Assembly (NCBI GenBank): GCA_027001995.1 | Contig: JALTLO010000153.1 | Coordinates: forward strand, 1-39,174 | DNA from: Planctomycetota bacterium | Lineage (GTDB): Bacteria; Planctomycetota; GCA-002687715; DRQF01 | Reading direction: 5' to 3' | Length of the DNA: 39,174 nt | Part shown: positions 1 through 7,527 of the stretch, piece by piece | How the letters are laid out: each line of letters begins with the position of its first letter | How positions within the stretch are numbered: the first letter of the stretch is position 1 | Translations under genes and position numbers: made by a program | The notes under the pieces: generated by a model | Database searches by the model: none | What the model was told of the DNA's origin: nothing | The model's input: the letters and a program-made list of their open reading frames with translations, nothing else

Positions 1-580
1 CCCTCGGCCTTTCTTCCTCTTTGTTGGCCGTTTAGAACAAATCAAAGGCTTGGACGACGTCATTCCGGCGTTCGCCGGTTCTGAGGGAGCAGATTTGGTC
101 ATTGCCGGGGATGGGGAGTATGCCGAAACCCTCAAGAAACTCGGGGAAGGCAAATCTCGGGTACACTTCTTAGGTCGCGTAACACCAGAAGAATTGAGCC
201 CATGGTACGCCACGGCCTTGGCCCTGATTGTGCCCAGCGTCTGCTATGAAACATTTGGTATCATCCTAATTGAGAGTTTTCGTCAAGGAACCCCCGTCAT
301 CGCCAGGCGGTTGGGCCCATTCGTCGAGATTGTTGAACGAGCCCAGGCAGGCCGCCTATTTGAGAATGAAGAAGAACTGCTTTCAGCCATGAATGAATTT
401 GGACAAGACCCCGACCTTCGCAATAAGCTGGGGAGAAATGGCCAAGAGGCCTTTTCCCGCTACTGGAATGAAAGTACGGTAATCCCACGCTACCTTGAAA
501 TCGTACGTTCGGCAGCCAAGAGCCGTGGAGACGAAAGTCTTGTGGCACGGATGGAGAATCTTAACCCATGCGAGTCTTAA
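1..580 (+). CDS. Glycosyltransferase family 4 (GT-B), 5'-truncated by the window edge
   Basis: The frame is open from position 2 (PRPFFLFVGRLEQIKGLDDV), with GT4 motifs VGRL..KG, IAGDG and PS..YETFGIILIES...GTPVIA. Confidence 0.92.
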   Translation, partial: PRPFFLFVGRLEQIKGLDDVIPAFAGSEGADLVIAGDGEYAETLKKLGEGKSRVHFLGRVTPEELSPWYATALALIVPSVCYETFGIILIESFRQGTPVIARRLGPFVEIVERAQAGRLFENEEELLSAMNEFGQDPDLRNKLGRNGQEAFSRYWNESTVIPRYLEIVRSAAKSRGDESLVARMENLNPCES

Positions 581-1545
581 TCACTGGGGGAGCTGGCTTC
601 ATTGGCTCTCATCTCACCGAAAAACTCCTGGGGCAGGGGCACTCTGTCACTGTATTAGACGACTTATCCACCGGTGCCGCCGACAATTTGGCGGCAGTAC
701 GCGACAAGGAAGAATTCAAACTGCATGTGGGCAGTTGTTTGGACGAGCCTTTGGTGATTGAGCTCGTCGACCAAGCGGACTACACCATCCATCTGGCAGC
801 CGCCGTGGGTGTCAAGCTCATCGTCGAACGTCCCGTTCACACAATTGAAACCAACGTCAAGGCGACGGAAGTGGTCTTGGCAGCAGCAGCCAAAAAGCAA
901 AAGCGCGTGCTTATAGCTTCCACATCAGAAGTCTATGGCAAGAGCGTGAAAGTGCCCTTCCACGAAGACGACGATATTTCTCTCGGCCCCACGAACCGTT
1001 CGCGCTGGGCCTACGCCTGCTCCAAAGCACTGGACGAATGGCTGGCGTTTGCCTACTGCAGCGAAAAGAACGTCCCTGCAATCATCATTCGTTTCTTCAA
1101 TACCGTAGGGCCCCGACAAACTGGGCGCTACGGCATGGTCCTCCCCAATTTCGTCCGCCAAGCCCTGACGGGTGAAGACATCACAGTTTTTGGCGACGGC
1201 AAGCAGGCCCGCTGCTTTGGCCACGTTCACGATGCAGTCGAAGGACTCACGAGATTAATGATGGCAAAGGATGCAGTCGGTCGAGTCTTTAACATTGGCT
1301 CAACCGAAGAAGTGACCATCAGCCAATTGGCCGAGCGGGTGAAAAAGGCTACTGGTTCTTCCTCATCGATCAAATATATCCCTTACGAGGAAGCTTATGC
1401 TGAAGGATTCGAAGACATGCCCCGTCGAATCCCAGATGTGACTCGCTTGTTTGAAACCACCGGTTTCAAACCGGAGCGCACCCTGGATGAAATCATCGCC
1501 GATGTCATTGAGGACCAAAAAGCAATCTTAGAAGGGAAGCGATAA
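568..1545 (+). CDS. NAD-dependent nucleotide-sugar epimerase/dehydratase (extended SDR; UDP-GlcA decarboxylase/ArnA C-terminal-like or GalE-like)
   Basis: TGGAGFIG Rossmann motif, HLAA, STSEVYG, RWAYACSK (YxxxK) and RFFNTVGPRQ. Overlaps the GT4 stop. Confidence 0.92.
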   Translation: MRVLITGGAGFIGSHLTEKLLGQGHSVTVLDDLSTGAADNLAAVRDKEEFKLHVGSCLDEPLVIELVDQADYTIHLAAAVGVKLIVERPVHTIETNVKATEVVLAAAAKKQKRVLIASTSEVYGKSVKVPFHEDDDISLGPTNRSRWAYACSKALDEWLAFAYCSEKNVPAIIIRFFNTVGPRQTGRYGMVLPNFVRQALTGEDITVFGDGKQARCFGHVHDAVEGLTRLMMAKDAVGRVFNIGSTEEVTISQLAERVKKATGSSSSIKYIPYEEAYAEGFEDMPRRIPDVTRLFETTGFKPERTLDEIIADVIEDQKAILEGKR

Positions 1546-1549
1546 GCCC

Positions 1550-2293
1550 ATGCTTGGGGCCTTGATGTATCATTCTTTGGACGACTCCGGCTCTCCCATC
1601 TCTTTGAGTCCCTTAGCCTTCGAACGCCACTTAGATTGGATGGTCGCCAGCAACATCCAAGTGACGACCTTTTGCGACTTTCCCAGAGAACAATCTCAGG
1701 GCCACCAAATCGCCCTGACTTTCGACGATGCTTTTGCCAACTTCCTCACTGAAGCTTGGCCGCGGCTCAGAGACAGAGGACTCAAAGCCACCCTCTTTGT
1801 GGTCAGCGACCGCGTAGGCCAGACGAATCGCTGGAACGATGAAGTGGCCGCAAAAATCCCCGAGCTGCCCCTTCTCGATTGGGACGAATTGGGGAAATTG
1901 GCAGAATCCGGCTGCGAAATCGCCTGTCACACAAGAAATCACAAACATCTCCCAACCTTAAACCCCGGAGAAGTCGAAGAAGAAATAGTCCTTTGTTTGG
2001 ATGCTATTGAGAGCCGCATCGGCGTCAGGCCCAAAACCCTTGCTTACCCCTATGGTAGCCACAATTCTCAGGTTGTTGCTATCGCTGATGGCTTGGTCAA
2101 GAAAGCCTGCACCACAGATTTCGCCCTCACCACATCGGCGACAAATGACTTGCAAGTACCCAGGATTGATGCCTGGTACTTCGCAAAGCCAGGGATTTTG
2201 GAAAGCTTCGGCACCCCCAAATTTGCTCGCTTCGTCACCAGACGGCGGCGGCTTCGATGGTTGAAACGGGCACTCCCCATTTTTCCGGGCTAA
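1550..2293 (+). CDS. Polysaccharide deacetylase (NodB/CE4, IcaB-like)
   Basis: LMYH, LTFDDAF, ATLFVV, CHTRNH (metal-binding His pair) and AYPYG motifs. Confidence 0.9.
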   Translation: MLGALMYHSLDDSGSPISLSPLAFERHLDWMVASNIQVTTFCDFPREQSQGHQIALTFDDAFANFLTEAWPRLRDRGLKATLFVVSDRVGQTNRWNDEVAAKIPELPLLDWDELGKLAESGCEIACHTRNHKHLPTLNPGEVEEEIVLCLDAIESRIGVRPKTLAYPYGSHNSQVVAIADGLVKKACTTDFALTTSATNDLQVPRIDAWYFAKPGILESFGTPKFARFVTRRRRLRWLKRALPIFPG

Positions 2294-2315
2294 ACAATGC
2301 TATAGTAGGGACGTC

Positions 2316-2696
2316 ATGACAGAAGCGATTAGAAACGATGACTTGAGCGAGCTGCCACCGAGCCTGCGTTTTGCCTTCTCTCCTCTGGTGAAGAGAGCCA
2401 TGGGCATCTCTATCGGCTTGACTTTTGGCTTGACGCTGTTCTCAATGAATGCCGCTCACCTTCTCTTTGCCCCCGACCGTGTTCAGCACCTCTGGCTTAT
2501 GCGCAACTACTTCGCTGGATATAACCCGGAGACTTGGGGTGGCGCTCTCATTGGTTTGCTCTGGGCACTATGGACCGGCTTTGTCATGGGATGGATGTTT
2601 GCCGCCATCCGCAATTTTGTTGTCGCTGTTTGGATCATCGTGATTCGCGCAAAAGCGAATCTCGCTGCCAACCGAGAGTTCCTGGACCACATCTAA
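2316..2696 (+). CDS. Small membrane protein, paralog A of a tandem pair
   Basis: Hydrophobic helices flank QHLWLMRNYFAGY..TWGGALIG..W...GF..G; aligns by eye with the next ORF. Confidence 0.8.
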   Translation: MTEAIRNDDLSELPPSLRFAFSPLVKRAMGISIGLTFGLTLFSMNAAHLLFAPDRVQHLWLMRNYFAGYNPETWGGALIGLLWALWTGFVMGWMFAAIRNFVVAVWIIVIRAKANLAANREFLDHI

Positions 2697-2992
2697 TGAA
2701 GCAAAATGAAACAACGGGCGCTGACCAATACGTCACCCAACTCAACGGTCGCATTTGGGGTTTAGCCTTGGGAATGCTTTCCGGGTTCGGTCTTTTCATG
2801 GCAACGATTTGGCTGGTCATCAAAGGCGGGGAAAATGTTGGCCAACACTTGGGCCTCCTGTCCCAATACTTCCCCGGCTATGATGTCACCTTCATCGGCG
2901 CCTGCTTCGGTCTGGTGTGGGGCTTCTTCTTGGGCTACGTCCTCGGCCGCGTCATCTGCCTCTTCTACAATTTAGCCGCCAAGAACGCTTAA
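2696..2992 (+). CDS. Small membrane protein (98 aa), paralog B of a tandem pair
   Basis: The likely start is the ATG at 2696, overlapping the upstream TAA (TAATG), not 2534. Motif QHLGLLSQYFPGYDVTFIGACFGLVWGF..G...YN. Confidence 0.82.
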   Translation: MKQNETTGADQYVTQLNGRIWGLALGMLSGFGLFMATIWLVIKGGENVGQHLGLLSQYFPGYDVTFIGACFGLVWGFFLGYVLGRVICLFYNLAAKNA

Positions 2993-3226
2993 GAAAGAAG
3001 ATCGACTCTGGTGTCCGCCAATGGTGCACTCCCCGCCCTTCAGCCATGGTCCCATCGGTCTGTTTCCCTATCTGGCGAATTCGACCGGGTACCGTATGGT
3101 TAATCTCGTTCCTCGGGGATTCTCAAATCTTCGCTTCACGTTTAGGCTCTTGTTTGACCCCCAAGATTCCCAGAAGATTAAAAAGAGGGACGACGGCGAT
3201 GAGCTGACGGCGGGATGCTCTGTCAC

Positions 3227-3261
3227 TTCACAATCAACAATTCCTCTGATAACATCGAATC
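3227..3261 (+). promoter_or_regulatory. Sigma70-type promoter, probably giving a leaderless mRNA
   Basis: TTCACA (3227-3232), 17 bp spacer ending in TGa, TAACAT (3250-3255), then 6 nt to ATG 3262. No Shine-Dalgarno. Confidence 0.5.
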
Positions 3262-4581
3262 ATGCGAAAATTCTCATTCTTGGTGCTTTGTATTCTGACA
3301 TGCACGGTCTTGGCGACGGCGCAGAAGAAGCTCTATGTCAAAGACATGAAATTTGTCACCAAGGAAATTGGCAAGAAATGTAAAGGTCTGATCAAAGAGA
3401 AGAAGATTCCTTGGAAAAGGATCAGCAGGGAATTCAATAAGAAAGCAGCTCAGTCCAAAAGTCATAGCGAACATCTCAGGCTCTTGATTCGTCTGCTTGC
3501 CCGTCTTCAGGATGGTCATGCTCGCCTGCAACCTGGGGAGAATGAACCCAAGAACTTAGACCCATTCCCGGAGTTCAGGGACTACACAGGGGCTGCCATA
3601 TTTCTATGTCGCAATGGCAAGAAACTCTTCATCAAGACAGCTTGGGGTGAGGCTAAGAGCGCTGGCCTGAAACCAGGTATGGAAGTGGTCGCAGTCAATG
3701 GCGAAAAGGCCATGGATTGGCTGGGAAGTCGCCTTGCTTGGCACAGGGACACGATGAGTTTCTCCACCCAACAACATGGGGAATTCTTCGCCTTGCAGCG
3801 TGGACTTTCTGCCCCCAAGGGAACACGGTGGAAACTCCTCGTGAAAGACGAATCTGGCCGCAAGAGAAAAAAAACACTGACATTCGCACGGGCGAAGCAA
3901 GTGCCCGACGGACCAGCATTCTTCCCAAAAGGAATCCGGCGCAGCAAGAAACGCAACGTTCACTTTGCCACCACTCCTGAAGGACTCGGATACATTCACA
4001 TACGCCGCTGCAAGAGTACCGTCGTTGAGGAAGTGGACGAAGCCCTCGACGCCTTAGGGAACCCGAAAGGTATGATCCTCGATTTTCGTGGCAATACGGG
4101 AGGTGGTTTCGATCACGAGGCTCTCTTCGGCCGTTTCATCCCCAAGGGTAAAAGTTTCAAGTTCAAGAAGAGTTACCGAAGTACTGGCCCCAAGAACTAC
4201 GGCGGTCCCCTCGTTGTCATCGTTGATGGCAGCGTTGTCAGCGCCGGAGAAACAGCAAGCGGTATGTTCAAAGAAGACGGCAGAGCTTACATGATCGGAG
4301 AAAGTCCCACCGCCGGTATGAGCTCGTCCAAAGTCCTCATTGATCTGCCCTCGAAATTCTTCAAAGTTAGGGTGAGCGTCTACAGCAACAAGAAACGTTT
4401 CAATGATGGCAAAGGGATTGAGGGCATCGGCGTACCGCCCCAGGAGATCATTCCACTACAACCCCAAGACCTCGTCAAAGGCATCGACACACTGATATCC
4501 AGAGCCATCACCTTGCTTGAGGACTTCCCGCAAGAAGAAGTCCCCTATGATCCTAAGAAATTTGGCTGGCAATCAGACTGA
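3262..4581 (+). CDS. Secreted S41 family peptidase with PDZ-like domain
   Basis: Signal peptide, L.DGH, AGLKPGM.VVAVNG (PDZ-like), GYIHI, ILDFRGNTGG, SAGE catalytic Ser and EGIGVPP. Confidence 0.9.
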   Translation: MRKFSFLVLCILTCTVLATAQKKLYVKDMKFVTKEIGKKCKGLIKEKKIPWKRISREFNKKAAQSKSHSEHLRLLIRLLARLQDGHARLQPGENEPKNLDPFPEFRDYTGAAIFLCRNGKKLFIKTAWGEAKSAGLKPGMEVVAVNGEKAMDWLGSRLAWHRDTMSFSTQQHGEFFALQRGLSAPKGTRWKLLVKDESGRKRKKTLTFARAKQVPDGPAFFPKGIRRSKKRNVHFATTPEGLGYIHIRRCKSTVVEEVDEALDALGNPKGMILDFRGNTGGGFDHEALFGRFIPKGKSFKFKKSYRSTGPKNYGGPLVVIVDGSVVSAGETASGMFKEDGRAYMIGESPTAGMSSSKVLIDLPSKFFKVRVSVYSNKKRFNDGKGIEGIGVPPQEIIPLQPQDLVKGIDTLISRAITLLEDFPQEEVPYDPKKFGWQSD

Positions 4582-4589
4582 GGCAGCGA

Positions 4590-5369
4590 TCACTTGTTCT
4601 TGAACAGGGGAAAAGCCTCTTGGCGTAGTACATCTAGAGGGATCTCATCGTCGCCAGGATACCCCAAGCGGCCTGGATCACGATTCTCGGGCCAAAAAAC
4701 GGTACCGAAAAGGTAATCCCAACAACTCAAGACAATGCCAAAGTTCTTAGCCACACCCCCTTCCGAAGAAGCGTCGTGGTGCCAAAGGTGCATGCTCGGG
4801 CTATTGAAGATGTAACCCAATTTGCCAATCTTGATTTTTGTGTTGGCGTGGTTGAAATGGCCCCATGCGGTGCCAAAAACCCAAGCGGTCATCAAAGGCT
4901 CAATGTCACCACCCATGATCAAAAGCGGAAAATAGAGGATAGACTTATAGACCACGAGTTCCATCCAATGAAAGCGAAAATTCACCAACCAATCCATCTC
5001 AGAAGCCCCGTGATGAATCTTGTGAAATTGCCAAAGGAATGGAACACGGTGTAGAAGATTGTGCACACACCATTGGCCAAAGTCCGCGATGACCATGTAG
5101 ACCAAGAACTGCACCAGAAATGGCTGACCACCCAAAACATTGCAACGAGCCAACCAGGAATCCGGAACAAAAGCCAATGTTTGGCTTTCGACCGAGCCAA
5201 TGATACTGCCGGTCACGATGTAATAGAAATAGCCATTGAATGCGAGGTAGAACAGATCGTTCCAAAATTGGGGGCGAAATACTCTTTGATTCTTGCGCGC
5301 TGCTGTCAGACGTTCAAAACCGATGAAAGCAACTGATACGATTGCCAACCACTGCCAGTAGGGAATCAT
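4590..5369 (-). CDS. Sterol desaturase / fatty acid hydroxylase superfamily membrane protein
   Basis: His boxes HNLLH, HKIHH, HFNHAN and HLWHH, plus NFG...WDYLFGT. Start reassigned to ATG 5369 (TGATG overlap with the rhodanese stop). Confidence 0.9.
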   Translation of the reverse strand: MIPYWQWLAIVSVAFIGFERLTAARKNQRVFRPQFWNDLFYLAFNGYFYYIVTGSIIGSVESQTLAFVPDSWLARCNVLGGQPFLVQFLVYMVIADFGQWCVHNLLHRVPFLWQFHKIHHGASEMDWLVNFRFHWMELVVYKSILYFPLLIMGGDIEPLMTAWVFGTAWGHFNHANTKIKIGKLGYIFNSPSMHLWHHDASSEGGVAKNFGIVLSCWDYLFGTVFWPENRDPGRLGYPGDDEIPLDVLRQEAFPLFKNK

Positions 5370-5899
5370 CAGTTCTTGTCTCCGTATTGACGCAGATCCT
5401 CTTTGAGGAGCTGACCCCAATCATCGTTGTAGGGGTGAACCTCCTTCACTTCCGTCTTGCCCCGATAAACGGCATGCCCTTGGTTCGCCCATTCAAAAAT
5501 AGACCCCTCCAAGTTGTGCACATTGGTAAATCCCCGGTCTCCCAAAGCCTTGGCCAAACGAGAAGAACGGTAGCCAACAGAACAATAAGCAACAATCAGC
5601 CGATCCTTTTCTGTGGTTGCAAGTAAGGACAATGCCTGCTCGGTGTTCGCCGCTTGCTGGGCACCCGTTAGGTGGCTCACAGCGAATTCATTGGGCTCTC
5701 GAACATCAAGAATCAACGGCCGGGCGCCGTCCTTGTCATCCAAGATAGACTGCAACTCCCCCACCGACATTTGCGAGACTTGGGGAAACTCCCGACGGAT
5801 TTTCTGTTTGATCTCAATCCAGCGGCTGGTCTCAGGCTCAGGTGTCCCACAGGCGAACAACAACAGGACAGAAAGCGAAATCAATAAGCTTGACCGCAT
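5369..5899 (-). CDS. Rhodanese-like domain lipoprotein
   Basis: Lipobox LFAC; LDVREPNEFAVSHL, YCSVGYRS active-site loop and NLEGSIFEW. GGAG RBS. Confidence 0.9.
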   Translation of the reverse strand: MRSSLLISLSVLLLFACGTPEPETSRWIEIKQKIRREFPQVSQMSVGELQSILDDKDGARPLILDVREPNEFAVSHLTGAQQAANTEQALSLLATTEKDRLIVAYCSVGYRSSRLAKALGDRGFTNVHNLEGSIFEWANQGHAVYRGKTEVKEVHPYNDDWGQLLKEDLRQYGDKN

Positions 5900-5908
5900 G
5901 AGGAACTC

Positions 5909-6934
5909 CTAACCGCCGCGGGTGTGCATTTCTAAATGTGGGTTCTTGCGCATGTCTGAAGCACTTGCCAACCGACCGCGCTCTTTGAGCGTCAAGCGTT
6001 CCTCGGCGCCTCGATCATCACGGCTTCCCCATGCTTGCCCAATGATGGCCTGCAATTCTTCCGTGCTGGCACCTTCTCTCAAGGGAGCCCGGAGATCGAT
6101 TCCAGTGCTGGCATAGAGGCATAAGAACCATTTGCCGTCCGCCGTCAAACGGCTGCGATCACAGTTGCCGCAAAATGGTTGAGTCGTTGAAGAGATGATT
6201 CCAAAGATCCGGCCATCAGGGAGACAATACTGGTCGGCGGGCGCCGAGTCTTTCTTCGGCACCGCTTCAATAGCACCATAGTGCTTCTCGAAGGTTCTCA
6301 GCATTTCGGCCCGCGTCACGACTTTGTCTTTTGACCAAGTGGTGGCCCCACCCACATCCATGAATTCAATGAAGCGCACCTCAGCCCCATGCTCACCGCC
6401 AAATTCAATGAGATCAATAAACTCATCGTCATTGACACCTCGCATGGCGACCGTGTCAATCTTCAAAGATGCAGCCAAGCTGGTTTTCTTTGTCTCTTCA
6501 ATACCTTCCATGACCTGATCAAGTTTCTTGCTCCGCGATAAGGTGAAGAAGCGATCGTGGCGCAAGGTATCCAGGCTAATAGTCAGTCTGCCTAAGCCCG
6601 CAGCGCTCAGTTCTTCGACCCGCTCCGCGAGCAAAAGGCCATTGGTTGTCAGGGCCAAATCTTTGATAGCCGCCTTTTGAGCCAACTGCCGAACAAGAAT
6701 GTGAAGGTCACGGCGAAGCAAGGGTTCTCCCCCTGTCAAACGCACCTTATCCACACCTAAGCCGGTGAAGACATCTACCAATTGGCAGCACTCTTCAAAT
6801 TGAAGAATCTGCTCATGGGGGAACCAGGTGTAGTTCTCCTCGGGCATGCAATATTGGCAGCGGAGGTTGCAACGATCGGTCACTGAAAGTCGCAGATTCT
6901 TGAGGGGACGCAGGTGTTGATCACGAAGTGTCAT
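5909..6934 (-). CDS. moaA: GTP 3',8-cyclase (molybdenum cofactor biosynthesis radical SAM)
   Basis: LRLSVTDRCNLRCQYCMP (CxxxCxxC), RLTGGEPLLR, C-terminal CxxCx13C (FCGNCDRSRLTADG...C) and terminal GG. Confidence 0.97.
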   Translation of the reverse strand: MTLRDQHLRPLKNLRLSVTDRCNLRCQYCMPEENYTWFPHEQILQFEECCQLVDVFTGLGVDKVRLTGGEPLLRRDLHILVRQLAQKAAIKDLALTTNGLLLAERVEELSAAGLGRLTISLDTLRHDRFFTLSRSKKLDQVMEGIEETKKTSLAASLKIDTVAMRGVNDDEFIDLIEFGGEHGAEVRFIEFMDVGGATTWSKDKVVTRAEMLRTFEKHYGAIEAVPKKDSAPADQYCLPDGRIFGIISSTTQPFCGNCDRSRLTADGKWFLCLYASTGIDLRAPLREGASTEELQAIIGQAWGSRDDRGAEERLTLKERGRLASASDMRKNPHLEMHTRGG

Positions 6935-7031
6935 AGTGCACTATGATAGCGATCTGGATAGCCTCACAACAGGCCTCCTAAATATCCGATGCTCAAGGAG
7001 TTAGAATTCTGATCTGATGCAAAGGAGTGAA

Positions 7032-7049
7032 TCGGGGATAAAATCCCGA
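7032..7049 (-). terminator. Short hairpin directly after the last gene of the minus-strand glycan operon; possible terminator
   Basis: TCGGGGATAAAATCCCGA forms a stem with one bulge, but the U-tail is weak. Confidence 0.3.
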
Positions 7050-7050
7050 G

Positions 7051-7506
7051 TTAGGTGGCGTGGCGCTTCCACAGGAGAGAAACGAGCCAGAATGTGAAGG
7101 CTAAGACGGCGAAATCGTAGCCACCTTTACGGAGGTCCATCACCATACGGCGGGACAAAAAACGCAATGGTCGAATCTTCGCAACGGTCTGTTCACCATC
7201 TCTGATGATCATGTGGCGAGTCGTGGGGCTTTCAGCTTCGACCCTAAGCTCATAGTCTGCGGCTTTGATGATGAAGGTCCGGGTGAAGGGGTTGGTTTTC
7301 TGGCCTTCAGCAACGATGACACCCTGGTGTTCCAAAGTCCAACGACCGCTGAACGTGCCATGCTTCTCCACCTGGAAGCGTACTCCATCAACTTCAACTT
7401 CGCCATCTTCTTTCACCCAGTTGATGCGCGTGTAGGCCTGGCGATTATCCATGAGGAGATCATAATTCCATGAGAAAAGCGAACGAGGTGTGCAAGCAAT
7501 CATCAT
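7051..7506 (-). CDS. Hypothetical protein, LURP-one/tubby-C (scramblase-like) appearance
   Basis: GGAGG RBS. Repeated beta-hairpin units (SLFSWNYDL, FSGRWTLE, PFTRTFII, FLSRRMVM) end in a hydrophobic C-terminal helix. Confidence 0.6.
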   Translation of the reverse strand: MMIACTPRSLFSWNYDLLMDNRQAYTRINWVKEDGEVEVDGVRFQVEKHGTFSGRWTLEHQGVIVAEGQKTNPFTRTFIIKAADYELRVEAESPTTRHMIIRDGEQTVAKIRPLRFLSRRMVMDLRKGGYDFAVLAFTFWLVSLLWKRHAT

Positions 7507-7527
7507 GAGAGCCTCCTGGAGAGAATA

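Noticed and set aside
2316..2992. Prophage lysis cassette (holin-like pair, with the amidase at 32155 as endolysin)
   Set aside because: No phage genes are present; the amidase is 29 kb away and is a housekeeping-type lipoprotein.
2993..3261. ncRNA or the 96/120-aa ORFs in this gap
   Set aside because: No tRNA, 6S, SRP or riboswitch hallmarks are visible, and the ORFs lack an RBS and motifs. An Rfam search would be needed to exclude an RNA fully.
6935..7050. Moco riboswitch upstream of moaA
   Set aside because: No recognisable conserved Moco RNA stems or GNRA-loop elements, and a -10-like box sits directly before the ATG.
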